Shown here in pieces: positions 23,697 to 35,095 of a stretch of DNA of 48,027 bases. The notes beneath the pieces were generated by a model. It was not told the DNA's origin, did no database searches, and worked only from the letters and a program-made list of their open reading frames with translations. This DNA is from Octopus bimaculoides (taxonomy: Eukaryota): NCBI RefSeq assembly GCF_001194135.2, contig NC_068989.1, positions 88,008,160 to 88,056,186 on the forward strand. Direction: 5' to 3'. The translations under genes were made by a program, and so were the position numbers. Position 1 is the first letter of the stretch. Every line of letters begins with the position of its first letter.

Positions 23697-23840
23697 GGCT
23701 GTGTGGTAAGTAGCTTGCTTACCAACCACATAGTTTCAGGTTCAATCCCACTATGTGACACTTTGGGCAACTGACTTTTACTATAGCCTCGGGCCGACCT
23801 AAGCTCTGTGAGTGGATTTGGTAGACAGAAACTGAAAGAA
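23697..23840 (+). mobile_element. tRNA-derived SINE (GGCTGTGTGGTAAGTAGCTTGC head)
   Basis: A-box and B-box (GGTTCAATCCC)-like motifs; repeated family. Confidence 0.8.
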
Positions 23841-24559
23841 CTTTCTCGCTCTCTCTCTTTGGTCATCTCTGGTCATCTCCTTAGAGTTTGTCCACCACCT
23901 CAGTACCCATCGCTCTTCTGTCCTTTTATCTTTCCCCACTAACCATGACACTACTCCTTTCCTTGCTCTCCCCCCTCTGATCCTTACAACTATTCTGTTA
24001 CTCCAGCACACCCGCACAGCAGTCAGTCACTTCACTTTTCATAACCTCACTTAAAATATTTCCCCATTACCCTTCTCTCATATTCTTTCAGTTGTTGTGG
24101 TTTGCTAATGACAAAGTACCCTCAAGAATACTGGAACCATAAAAAGCACCCCTCTTTCCCACACCCTCACAACCTTAATCTTCTTCTTTCTATCATATTT
24201 TACCTTTTCATCACCTGGCCTAAAATCTCCTCTCTTGCCAATATCTGGCTCATTACTTCAATTCTATGTTTAGTCTTTATGGCACAATACCACAAGAGCC
24301 TATAATTATTATTTACCATCACAGTTTCTGGCTTGTGTTTGTACCATTTCTCTGTCATTTCCATTCCACACACTTGGCTAACATCCTAATGCACTCTTTT
24401 TACCAACACAATTTATACTGTTTTTGTGCTAGCTTACAACAATCACTTAAGAGATGGTTAATACTTTCATCTACTTTTCCATATATTCTGCGTTTGCTCT
24501 CTGACTGAGTTTTACCAATCTTTGTCTATATCACATTTGTTCTGATGGCATGTCCCTGG

Positions 24560-25245
24560 GTGACTATAATTGGCAATTCAGTTTCAGGTTGCTGTCATTT
24601 TGCTGGGTATAATGGAAAGTGTCACCTGTCCACAGCCAGCAGACTAAGGTGACATTTGTTTACTGGTCATGCTTCAATAACCCAGCGAAGAATTCTTGAA
24701 GTTCCAAGCATGGCTGATTTTTGTAGGTGTTCTACCTTCACACTTTCACCAATCTTTTTCAGCCATGTTAGTAGTTGAGTGCTGATACTTCCAAGTGCAT
24801 CAATTACTGTTGGTATCACGTCTACTCTCTTCATTGACCACAACCTTCTTATTTCCCACTTCAAATCATCATACTTGTTTATTTTTTCTTCTTTCACATT
24901 GATCCTGTTGTCACCGGGGCATGCTATGTTGATAATCATACATGTTCTTTCTCATTTTCAGTGACTCCTTCTGGGGTTTGTTCATACCATGTCTTTGTTC
25001 TTTGTAGGCCGTGATTTCCACAGAGCTCCCAATGGATCATTCTTACCACATTGTCATGGCATTGTTTGTAATCACGTTGTGCCAATTTCAGGCATTCGCT
25101 AACGATGTACCATAGTGTTTCACCCCTCTCACCACACATTGTTGCTATCAGTAGTGTTGTCAATTCTGTTCTTCATATAATTGGTCCTTAACGCTTGTTC
25201 CTGAACTGCGCATATGACTGCTTCTGTCTCTATCTTCAGGTCTAT
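24560..25245 (-). pseudogene. R4/Dong-like non-LTR retrotransposon C-terminus (CCHC-type finger and restriction-like endonuclease region)
   Basis: ETEAVICAVQEQALRTNY, CGERGETLWYIVSECLKLAQRDYK..HDNV..IHWELC, KINKYDDL, VIPTVIDALG, LQKSAMLGTSRILR. Confidence 0.8.
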
Positions 25246-26004
25246 TATTATTTTTATTATCATTATTGAGTGAGAGAGAGCAGTGCATGCCATCAAAGTG
25301 ACACTGGGGTAAAATATACGAAGCCCAGTATACTGCTCATGACTACTCGTCTGATAAAGGCACACCAGATAAGGGTACACCAGGCAGATGCATCACAATC
25401 ACATGTGCATGACAGAGTGATCTCATATCAAGATAAACAGTGCATGACCTTGCAGGTGGGGCCCAGTTAGAATTTTCGTCAGGTCAAGTAGCCCATCCCG
25501 CTCAAAAGGTCCCTGAATAAGGTTTGTTTAAGGATGTTGAGCAAAACAATCATGTTTCCAAAGATGAATTATCCAAACCCCAAATAATTCCTCTCAACAC
25601 ATGGCTATGATGCTCCCCCACTATTTCTGCTCACGATCAGAGATGTACATATCGTCAGCCACTAAGGGACATGCTCAAGTGGTTAAGTCAAACAAATGAC
25701 AAGCAAATCTGTGGTATTGAGCAGAATATTTGCTGTGGCCCATCTTTTATACCAAGACAAAACAATGTTCCCACCAGTTTTTATCATGGGGCAGGTCCAA
25801 GTTTTCGTAAATTACCCAGTGAATATATTGCGCTGCACTATCACGCCAGTTGAGATACTCTGTAGGTGCAAGATGACTGCACATGGAGACAACATGACCA
25901 ATGGCTTCATTTTGTAAGTTTACATACACAACATGTTGGGCTACTGCCATTCTTTAATATGTTGCAGGCATTGATCTTGGGCTGCCATGATCAACCAGTC
26001 ATTA
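25246..26004 (-). pseudogene. Second R4/Dong-like LINE remnant (different family) with long 3' UTR
   Basis: AAQDQCL, ETIDHVVS-like AIGHVVSMC..LAPTEYL..D.AAQYIHWVI..LDLPHDKNWWEH; bounded by (ATT)n tracts. Confidence 0.75.
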
Positions 26005-26018
26005 TGATAATAATAATA

Positions 26019-26084
<66 letters not shown>

Positions 26085-26086
<2 letters not shown>

Positions 26087-26230
26087 GGTGGTGAGCTGGC
26101 AGACTTGTTAGCATGCTGGACAAAATGCTTAGTGGTATTTTGTCCAGTCTTTATGTTCTGATTTCAAATTCTGCTGAGTTTGATTTTGCCTTTCATTCTT
26201 TCAGAGTCAGTTGAGCACTAGGGTTAATGT
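26085..26230 (+). mobile_element. Diverged tRNA-derived SINE (MetaSINE-like core)
   Basis: GGTGGTGAGCTGGCAGA head and TTTGCCTTTCATTCTTTC core. Confidence 0.6.
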
Positions 26231-26423
26231 AACCGACTTCACCCACTGCCCCCAAATTTAAAGAGCCATCATTATTATTATTATTATTAGTAGTAGTTGT
26301 TGTCAACTGAAAAAGAAAGAAAATTGAAGAGCCAATCCCTAACTCCCTCCCTGCCAAGAAGCAGCAACAGTTGTTGAAGGGGAAAGGAACAATGTACATT
26401 AAAAGATGTCTGCTGCCTCAGGC

Positions 26424-26462
<39 letters not shown>

Positions 26463-26668
26463 TAGATAGATATAGATATAGACACGCAATCTAGAACATT
26501 TGAAGCTGTAGGCAAGCTCTACATTGCTCTTTACATTACCAAGACACTTACACACATACACACACTCTTTCTCTCTCTCTTTCTGACATACATACATGCA
26601 TATGTGTGTGTGTATTATATTTCTGTCTCTTGTCTTACTGTGTATTTGTGCTTGTGTGTTTGTCTTGT

Positions 26669-26719
<51 letters not shown>

Positions 26720-27093
26720 NNNNNNNNNNNNNNNNNNNNNNNNNNNNNNNNNNNNNNNNNNNNNNNNNNNNNNNNNNNNNNNNNNNNNNNNNNNNNNNNN
26801 NNNNNNNNNNNNNNNNNNNNNNNNNNNNNNNNNNNNNNNNNNNNNNNNNNNNNNNNNNNNNNNNNNNNNNNNNNNNNNNNNNNNNNNNNNNNNNNNNNNN
26901 NNNNNNNNNNNNNNNNNNNNNNNNNNNNNNNNNNNNNNNNNNNNNNNNNNNNNNNNNNNNNNNNNNNNNNNNNNNNNNNNNNNNNNNNNNNNNNNNNNNN
27001 NNNNNNNNNNNNNNNNNNNNNNNNNNNNNNNNNNNNNNNNNNNNNNNNNNNNNNNNNNNNNNNNNNNNNNNNNNNNNNNNNNNNNNNNNNNNN
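26720..27093. other. Assembly gap
   Basis: Run of N. Confidence 1.
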
Positions 27094-27197
27094 GGTGGTG
27101 GTGGTGGTGGTACAGAGGTTTACATAGAATTGAGTATGAGAAAATAGTAGCATTATTCCCTTTCATGAGACTGCCACATTAAGTCGGCAACACTGGT

Positions 27198-27540
27198 ACA
27201 TTTAGACCAGTCTAAGGCTTTTGATAGGGTTGACCATTGGTACTTGGCGGCAGTCCTCGGGAAGGCTGGCCTGGGCCCAACCTTCCGCGGTTGGATTGCT
27301 GCGTTGTACAGCGACATCGAGTCTGTCGTAAAAGTGAACGGTTTCCTTTCGAAGCCATTCGTAAGAGGCAAGTGCCTCAGTTCAAAGTCTGTAAAAGGAT
27401 ATTGTGAAGTAAGAGGTTTATGGCCTCAATTCGTAAATTTGTGTAATTTATAAAAAAGAACAATGCTTTAGAGAAGCAGAGTTCGGTAGGCGGCTTCTGT
27501 CTTCTCCCATTAATATCATCGTGTTTATCATCTCATCTCA
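27198..27540 (+). pseudogene. L1/Tx1-clade reverse transcriptase fragment joined to a probable 3' end
   Basis: LDQSKAFDRVDHWYLAAVLGKAGLGPTFRGWIAALYSDIESVVKVNGFLSKPF is the RT segment carrying the D..KAFD.V motif. Confidence 0.75.
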
Positions 27541-27611
27541 TTTAATGTCTTCGTCCAGCCCACAGCTACTCTATGTACTGTCCTCGTGGCAAATTTAATG
27601 AATAAAAGTAC

Positions 27612-27742
27612 CTTGCTTACGAACCACATGGTTCCAGGTTCAGTCCTACTGTGTGGCCCCTTGGGAAAGTGTCTTCTACTATAGCCTCGGGCTGACCAAA
27701 GCCTTGGGAGTGGATTTGGTAGACGGAAACAGAAAGAAGCCC
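27612..27742 (+). mobile_element. tRNA-derived SINE (GGCTGTGTGGTAAG family)
   Basis: Homology to 23697. Confidence 0.8.
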
Positions 27743-28236
27743 ATCACATATATATATATGTGTTTGTGTTTGTCCCCTCATGATCGCTAGACAAAAGGGA
27801 CCGACAGAATAAGTACTAGGCTTACTAAGAATAAGTTCTGGGGTCAATTTGTTCAACTAAAGGCAGTGCTCCAGCATGACCACAGTCAAATGACTGAAAC
27901 AAATAAAAAAAAGAAAAGAATGTGTGATCCTCAATAGGGAGGAGACGTTTGAGGGCTGCCCATGGGAAAACCCCATAAAAAAACCCATGGATATCCTGAC
28001 TTGGGGACAAGTACTTTTTTCCCTTTCCCCCCTTTTTTTTTCAGCTACAGACATATGCTCAGGGCAGGCCCATTCACCTGCACCATTCTCACCACTTTCA
28101 TTCACCTTTCGCCAAATTGGCTTGAAGACAATATTTCCCTCTCAACCCTTATTTTCCTTTTCAAGTGAAACTGGAGGAAATTGATCCGGGATTTTCTACA
28201 ATAGGCACAAGGCTTGAAATTTTGTTGGGTGGGGAT

Positions 28237-28570
28237 ATCATCATCATCATCGTTGTTTAACGTCCGCTTTCCATGCTAGCATGGGTTGGACGATTTGACT
28301 GAAGACTGGCGAACCAGGTGGCTACACCAGGCTCCAATCTGATTTGGCAGAGTTTCTACAGCTGGATGCCCTTCCTAACACCAACCACTCTGAGAGTGTA
28401 GTGGGTGCTTTTACGTGCCACCGGCACGAAGGCCAGTCAGGCGGTACTGGCAACAGCCACGCTCAAAATGGTGTATTTTACATGCCACCTGCACAGGAGT
28501 CAGTTCGGCGGCACTGGCAACGATCTTGCTCGAATGTTTTACACGTGCCATCTGGCACAAGTGCCAGGAA
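28237..28570 (+). mobile_element. SINE (CTACAGCTGGATGCCC family)
   Basis: Homology to the other copies. Confidence 0.85.
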
Positions 28571-28596
28571 GGCGATTATATTGACCCCCAGTACTC

Positions 28597-28627
<31 letters not shown>

Positions 28628-28770
28628 TCAAAAAATACCTTAGGAATGAGAACCCAGGTTTGAAATTTCCCCAAGACACCTGAAGAAGGCTGGAGGGTAT
28701 ATCACCCAAAACGTGTTAACAGCAAACAAGATGAGGACAAATATCCGTCAAATGTAAATAATGTAAATCA
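28597..28770 (+). mobile_element. Penelope-like repeat end with a dead hammerhead motif (28675-28717)
   Basis: Inverted homolog of 32125-32300; reads GACAC-CTGAAGA-AGGCTG..CACCC-AAAAC-GTGTT, with G12 lost. Confidence 0.6.
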
Positions 28771-28859
28771 AGTACCAGTTAAACACTGGGGTCGATGAAA
28801 TTAACTAGTCCCCTCCCACCAAATTTCAGGCCTTGTGCCTATAGTAGAAAGGATTATTA

Positions 28860-29225
28860 TTATCACCTCTGCCTTTCTGAAGGCGGAGGTATTGTTTTCA
28901 GTTGTGTTTGTTTGTTTGTCCGTAGACAAGATATCTCAAGAGCTGTTGGATGGATTCCGATGAAACTTTCAAGGATGTTTGGCCTCGTGACTGGCACAAA
29001 CTGATTAGATTTTGGAATCGATCTGGTACTGGACAAGAATTCTGGATTATTTTTCCTATTTTTTTTACTTAATTATTGAGAGCGGTTGGGTTTATTTTAG
29101 TATTCGCGTTTAATAATAAGCCAGAGTTCATTTCAGATATTCTCATTTTAAAAATCATCTCTGGCTAATCGTTGAGAGGACGTTGGTGTTGCCTTGGTGG
29201 AGGTTTGCACTCTCTGAGCACTCTA

Positions 29226-29228
<3 letters not shown>
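28860..29228 (+). mobile_element. Helentron-type non-autonomous element
   Basis: Homolog of 15338-15694; ends GCACTCTCTGAGCACTCTAGTT. Confidence 0.65.
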
Positions 29229-29267
<39 letters not shown>

Positions 29268-30070
29268 ATAGACAGAAGGCCAGTCACTCTTAGGAAGAAG
29301 TCAGTATGTGAGGTGGGGTTTAATTAATTAGATCAACAACATCCTGCCTTTCACCCCACCCACCCACAAGACTTACCTTGATTTTTCTTTTTTCTTTTTT
29401 GCTGACGTCATTTCGTAATAATTCTTGTTGTTTTCATTATTACTGCCATCACTATCATGATCATCAATTTTGACACCATCCTTGTCGCATCCACCATCAT
29501 AACTGTAGACATCCATCACTGCCGCCAGCTCTACTTCCAAATCCCACTGTTATTGTCACCACCACCACCACTGCTGCCGCCATCATCATCATCAGTTGCA
29601 GGCTTTACAAGGACATATGGAGCAAGAGACCCAGATGTAGATACAGCCACCATAACCACAACCAGTCAGGACGAATATGGTAGTGGTGATGGTGAAATAA
29701 TGGTGGTGGTGGTGGTGGTGGTGGTGGTGACATGATGGTGATGATGAGGGCAGTTGTGGTTGTGGTGATGGTTGTGTTAGTATATGGTAGTAACAGTTTG
29801 GTGTTGGCGGTGGTGAGTTGTTGCTATTACCACCACCATCTACCACCATCACCTCTGTTACCTTCATCAACAAAATATAGCATTCTCTTGCAGAGAATGC
29901 TATATATCACACACCAATAAAAAAAAAAGCAAAAACAATTCACTTCGCTTAGAATTATAGACAAAAAACAAAAATCTCATCTATAAAGTTTCTGAGGGAC
30001 TCATACCTACACTCACTCACCCTCTCTCTCACACTCATCTATCTACAATCAAAGCCTTTCACACACTCCC

Positions 30071-30303
30071 TTAACCCTTCTTATAACAACCTGCCTGAGA
30101 CCAGCCCTGGTTCTGTGATACAAACTTCCTGTTCTAAAGTGACCTAAATTTAAACAGTCCATCAAAATTTCATGCTAATTTGTGTTGCAAATGCCAGATT
30201 AATAATCACAGAGTTGTTTTACCAAATTCTCTGCTATTTCCAAAAATGAATTGAAACAAAAGGCAGTATATTGCAACAGAAATATAGTTATGAAAAGGGT
30301 TAA
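30071..30303. mobile_element. TTAA/piggyBac-type MITE
   Basis: TTAA-CCCTT...AAGGG-TTAA. Confidence 0.6.
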
Positions 30304-30419
30304 GCAAACAAAGCCAGACATGAACAGTGGCACCTAATATTTTGGTGGTCTGACATGTTTGAAAGTATCACATTACGTAAAAACACTGGGAGCTTTATAT
30401 GTGTGTATATATATGTATA

Positions 30420-30680
30420 TATGGATGGATGGATAGATAGATAGATAGTATAGACAGATAGATATAGAAAGAGAGAGAGACAGAGCGATAGATAGATAGA
30501 CACAGATAGACTAACGGACAGACAGATAGATAAACAGAGAGAGAGAGAGAGAAAAATAGACAGATTGATAGATAAATAGATAGATAAACAGATAGATAGA
30601 GAGAGAGAGAGAGAGATAAATAAATAAACAGATAATATAGAGGGATAGCATAGATAGCTAGTTAGGTAGGTAGGTAGATA
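30420..30680. repeat. (GATA)n/(GA)n/(GACA)n compound microsatellite
   Basis: Read directly from the sequence. Confidence 0.9.
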
Positions 30681-31099
30681 ATTATATGGCATATTTATCC
30701 ATATCCATACATATATCTTCTGCCTGTTGCAGTCATTAGACTGTGGCCATGCAGGAGCACTGACTTGAGGAATTTTAGTCGAACAAATCAACCCCAGGAC
30801 TTCATTTTTTTAAAAATCCTGGTACTTATTCTCTTGGCTCCATTTGCCAAACTGCTCAGTCACAGGGACGTAAACACACCAACACCAGTTGTTGTGCAGT
30901 GGTGGGGGTCAAACCCCCACCACACATAAATATATGTACATAGATATATGTACACATATATCTATGTACTCACATAGATTTATGTACATATACAATAGGA
31001 TGGTGGTGGTGATGGTGACATGATGGTGACATGATGGTGGTGGTGGTCGTGGTGATAAATATATGTACATACAAACTTATATATATATATATACACAAT

Positions 31100-31256
31100 G
31101 GACTTCTTTCGGTTTCCGTCTACCAAATCCACTCACAAGGCTTTGGTCGGCCCGAGGCTATAGAAGACACTTGCCCAAGGTGCCACACAGTGGGACTGAA
31201 CCTAGAACCATGTGGTTGGTAAGCAAGCTACTTACCACACAGCCACTCCTGCACCT
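31100..31256 (-). mobile_element. tRNA-derived SINE (GGCTGTGTGGTAAG family)
   Basis: Homology to 23697. Confidence 0.85.
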
Positions 31257-31266
31257 ATGCCTTTGT

Positions 31267-31480
31267 TTAACTCTTTAGCATTGTGATTACTCTATCAAAT
31301 ATTTACATTGTTTTGAATTCATCATGCATTATCTTGTGGTTTTGAGATTTCAATGATGTGATTGTTTATTTTTAGAACAGCATTGTAGGGTAGGTATAAA
31401 AGGTTGGATCTGGCAAGTTTTAACATAAACAGGTGGAATATTTGGGCCAGATATGGATGGTTTGAATGCTAAAGTATTAA
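31267..31480 (-). mobile_element. TTAA/piggyBac-type MITE, inverted relative to 32756-32939
   Basis: TTAA at both ends; the reverse complement aligns with the 16992, 17213 and 32756 copies. Confidence 0.6.
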
Positions 31481-31552
31481 ATGAGTTGTGTAAATATGTT
31501 GGGCTACAAGTGCTTGTCTCTCTTCTCACTTTCTCTCTGTTGTACCTTACAG

Positions 31553-31686
31553 GACCAGACATACAGCTACCTGCAGGTTGCTGAGCTTGACTATGACAAC
31601 ATGCAGATCCTACACAATGCCAGGCTAAAGCCATCCATAGCTTTTGCACCAATGCCTGATGACATATCTGCATACAAGCTGCACAA
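31553..31686 (+). CDS. CHPF: Chondroitin polymerizing factor-like, internal coding exon (first one found)
   Basis: Acceptor TTCTCTCTGTTGTACCTTACAG and donor GTAAGT. Encodes DQTYSYLQ...FAPMPDDISAYKLHK, matching CHPF HYSHLEL...AHPV.DP..MYQLHK. Confidence 0.85.
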
Positions 31687-32124
31687 GTAAGTCCCTTCTT
31701 TTTCACTTTACCATCATCATCATCATTATCATTTTCATTTTACATCTGTTTTCCATGCTGGCAGGGGTTGGACAGGTCATCTCATGGCTGGTCACTTCTT
31801 ATTGAGTGCTACTGCTCCTACAGACTAGTGTTTGTGTGTGTCGTCATTTGGCTTAGTTTCTATAGCTGGATTCATTCCCTGTCATCAAACAGTTTCCAGA
31901 GTGAACATAGTTCATTTTGTCATGGCACCAACACTAGTGAAGTTGACTACGTCTCATAATTAAATAAACTTAAAAGAATTTCACGACTCTATGCTTCTTC
32001 TGTTTATTTGATTGCACTGGTTTACAAAAATTAGTTTCTGCTCTGAGGTATCTATAATTTTTGTTGTTGTTTCTAACACTGTAAACTACGATTGTTGTTG
32101 TTGTTCAGTTTTATATTTAACAGA

Positions 32125-32300
32125 TGAGGAATTATGTACATTATTTACATTATTTACATTTGACGGATATTTGTCCTCATCTTGTTTGTTGTTAACACGT
32201 TTCGGCTGATATACTCTCTGGCCTTCATCAGGTGTCTTGGGGAAATTTTGAACCTGGGTTCTCATTCCTAAGGTATTTTTCGATATTATTATTATTATTC
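32125..32300 (-). mobile_element. Penelope-like repeat end containing a hammerhead core (32194-32236)
   Basis: Minus strand reads GACAC|CTGATGA|A-GGC..GCC|GAAAC|GTGTT next to an (AAT)n tract. Confidence 0.65.
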
Positions 32301-32439
32301 ACGTTACTGTTTGGAATCGAACAGAATCTTGGGGTTAGTAGCCCGCGCTCTTAACCACTACACCATATGCCCATGGGCTTTTTTTCTTCTTTTTTGTTGT
32401 TGTTAATCCCAATCTACTTGTTTTTCTCATTGCTGTCAG

Positions 32440-32558
32440 GTACTTCTGCCAAATGGACTTAAATACCACTCTGCAAGAGATCGAACGAACAAAAGAGGAG
32501 ATACTTTATCTCAGTCAGTTTGCCCCCGGTGGTAAAAGTAGCCTATCGTGGCCAGTAG
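32440..32558 (+). CDS. CHPF: CHPF-like coding exon
   Basis: TGTCAG|G...GTAG|GTAAGT, phase-compatible with both neighbours. Encodes YFCQMDLNTTLQEIERTKEEI...LSWPVG (CHPF ..YQEIQELQ.EI...AWPVG). Confidence 0.9.
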
Positions 32559-32755
32559 GTAAGTGTCTTGTTGTGGTCTTCATTCACCAACTCCAACAAA
32601 CTACTTAGGGATGTGAGTGCGGGGGGGGGGGGGCTCATTCTTTAACATTCCATTAAACCGATCCCTTGTACTTCCGCTATATTACACATCATTGTCTAAC
32701 ACTTTACCACTTACTTGTTTCAATCATTGAACTACAACCATGCTGGAATATCACT

Positions 32756-32939
32756 TTAACCCTTTAACATTTGAACCAGCCAGATCCAGCCTCTCACACT
32801 TACCCTGCAATATCATTGTAGAAAGAGACAATGGCATCATTGATATCTCAAAGCTGTGTGATAACACATGATTAATTCCAAACAATGAGAATGAATAAGA
32901 ATTACATTTGACTGAGTGATCTGAATGCTAAAGGGTTAA
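32756..32939 (+). mobile_element. TTAA/piggyBac-type MITE inserted into an older SINE
   Basis: TTAA-CCCTTTA...CTAAAGGG-TTAA; the host SINE text resumes after the TTAA. Confidence 0.7.
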
Positions 32940-34029
32940 AGGGTTTTAGCCAAACAAATCAGACCCAATTCTTAATTTAAGTCTGCTTTTTACTCAGTTT
33001 CTTTTGCTGAACCACAAAGTTACAAGGACGTAAACAAAGCAACACTGGTTGTCAAACAGTGGTTGGGACAGACACAAAGACATGCTCACACACACACACA
33101 CACACACACACACATGCGCGTGTGACAGACTTCCACACAGTTTCTGTCTACCAAATTCACTCACAAGGCATTGGTTGGCCCATGGCTATAGCAGAAGACA
33201 TTTGCCAAAGGTGCTCCTTAATGGGATTAAACCCAAAACCACATAGTCATAGGAAAGCCTCATGTGGCCGCATGAGCAGCAGGTTGTCCATGCTCCATGT
33301 AGACAGTAAGACTGTCACACCAATGTAAATTACTTTTTCTCCAAAGCCCATCAACAATGTAGTCACTCCCTATGTCTGTACTTGTGAGTGTGTGCGTGAC
33401 AGAGAGAAGGAAGGAGATTGTTGTCTCATACTAATTATGAATGTCTTAATTTATTTCACCTGCTCAACCAGGATGCACATACAGGTAAGTTGTACCTTTC
33501 TTTATAATTCGTGTCACCTTCATTATGTTAATTTCCAGTTATTGTTGGGCAACAGAGGTATGGGGGAGAAAGAATTGGGATGGTTTCTTTGCTTATGTCT
33601 TATGTCAGTATGTGTAAAATTTTATCCTTGATAACCCTCAACCCTAACTGGTTTCTATAGTTGTCACATGCTCTTCCCTCAGACACATGTTCTCCTTTCA
33701 TTATAGTCATGAACTCATCTATTTCCCGTCTCTCATTCTCTCTTACACTCTAACACCCACCCACACTCCCTATCCTTTTGTCTCCCATTCACTTGTATTC
33801 ACCTTGTGCGTTGAGGTAATACCTGCTATTCAAAAGGCCAGCTTTGTCACATTCTGTGCTGTGCTAAATCTTAATTATATGTATTTATTCTATCCTAATA
33901 AATAATAATTCGGATAGAATAAATGGGTTAATAGAAACCAAGGTAGCAAAGATCACAAAATAACTGTGGTGTAATTCCTGTTGGTGAGGCAGAAACTCCT
34001 TGATATTTTGGGTATTTGAGTATATTTAA

Positions 34030-34400
34030 AAATTTAAGGAATGGAGAAAACGCATGTTATAGCTGCATACTTTATTCCGACATATGTTTCGAAGAATTGC
34101 AATTTATGCGATCCATAGGAATCGGCGATGTTAAAAATGTATGATTATATGTCTGCACACGTTTGAATGTGGTGTATGCCAGAGGGCTTGCAAATCCAAT
34201 GGGTTTCTTAAAAGACATGTTAGGATCCACAATGAGCAGAACTTACCTGCAGGTATTGGTAGTTCAAATCAGAGGTGCAATTTGTGTGGGTGTTTTTTCA
34301 AAACCTTGTCTGGTTTAAAAAACCACATCAGACGCCATGAAAGGGCTAAGGTGTAGGTGCAGGAGGTGGTCAAACTCTGTGTAAGGAGTAGACAACCACC
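34030..34400 (+). mobile_element. Probable RTE LINE 3' end encoding two intact C2H2 zinc fingers (about 34165-34347)
   Basis: CGVC-x12-HVRIH and CNLC-x12-HIRRH, then a stop, short UTR and (AT)n tail; the upstream frame is broken. Confidence 0.6.
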
Positions 34401-34558
34401 ATATATATATATATATATATAGGTATATGATAGGATTGCTTCAATATTTCAGGGGTAGTCTGAAGTATCTAAGCAACCAGGGGATAGTTAAATCCGAAAT
34501 TAGAAATGATCTGTTTCTAAATCTCACAGAGAGACTTAAGCAGCAGTGTTATGATAAT

Positions 34559-34791
34559 GTAGTTGTATACTGTCAACTTAATGTGACAGTCCCAATAAGG
34601 GAATCATACTGCTGCTATTTAGCCCGAGGAAGCTGGACCACTTTGGAGGTGCTTGTCTCCCCCTTGTATACACAAGGAAACAGGAAATGTGTCAAAGGCC
34701 GACAGGAAGCAGTCCAGCTTTCTAGGACTAAATAGCACTAGTATGATTCCCATATTGGGACTGTCACGTTAAGTTGACAGTATACAACTAC
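34559..34791. mobile_element. MITE with about 65-bp TIRs
   Basis: GTAGTTGTATACTGTCAACTTAA.GTGACAGTCCCAATA.GGGAATCATACT..TGCTATTTAG and its inverse. Confidence 0.75.
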
Positions 34792-34796
34792 TTTGT

Positions 34797-35095
34797 ATCA
34801 TCATCATCATCATCATTATTTAACGTCCGCTTTCCATGCTAGCATGGGTTGGACAATTTGACTGGGGACTGGCGAACCAGATGGCTATACCAGTCTCCAA
34901 TCTGATTTGGCAGAGTTTCTACAGCTGGATGCCCTTCCTAACACCAACCACTCTGAGAGTGTAGTGGGTGCTTTTTATGTGCCACCGGCACGAGGGCCAG
35001 TCTGGCAGTACTGGCAACGGCCATGCTCGAATGGTGTTTTTTATGTGCCACCTGCACAGGAGTCAGTCCAGTGTTTTGTTCACATGCCACCAGCA
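34797..35095 (+). mobile_element. SINE (CTACAGCTGGATGCCC family)
   Basis: Homology to the other copies. Confidence 0.85.
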
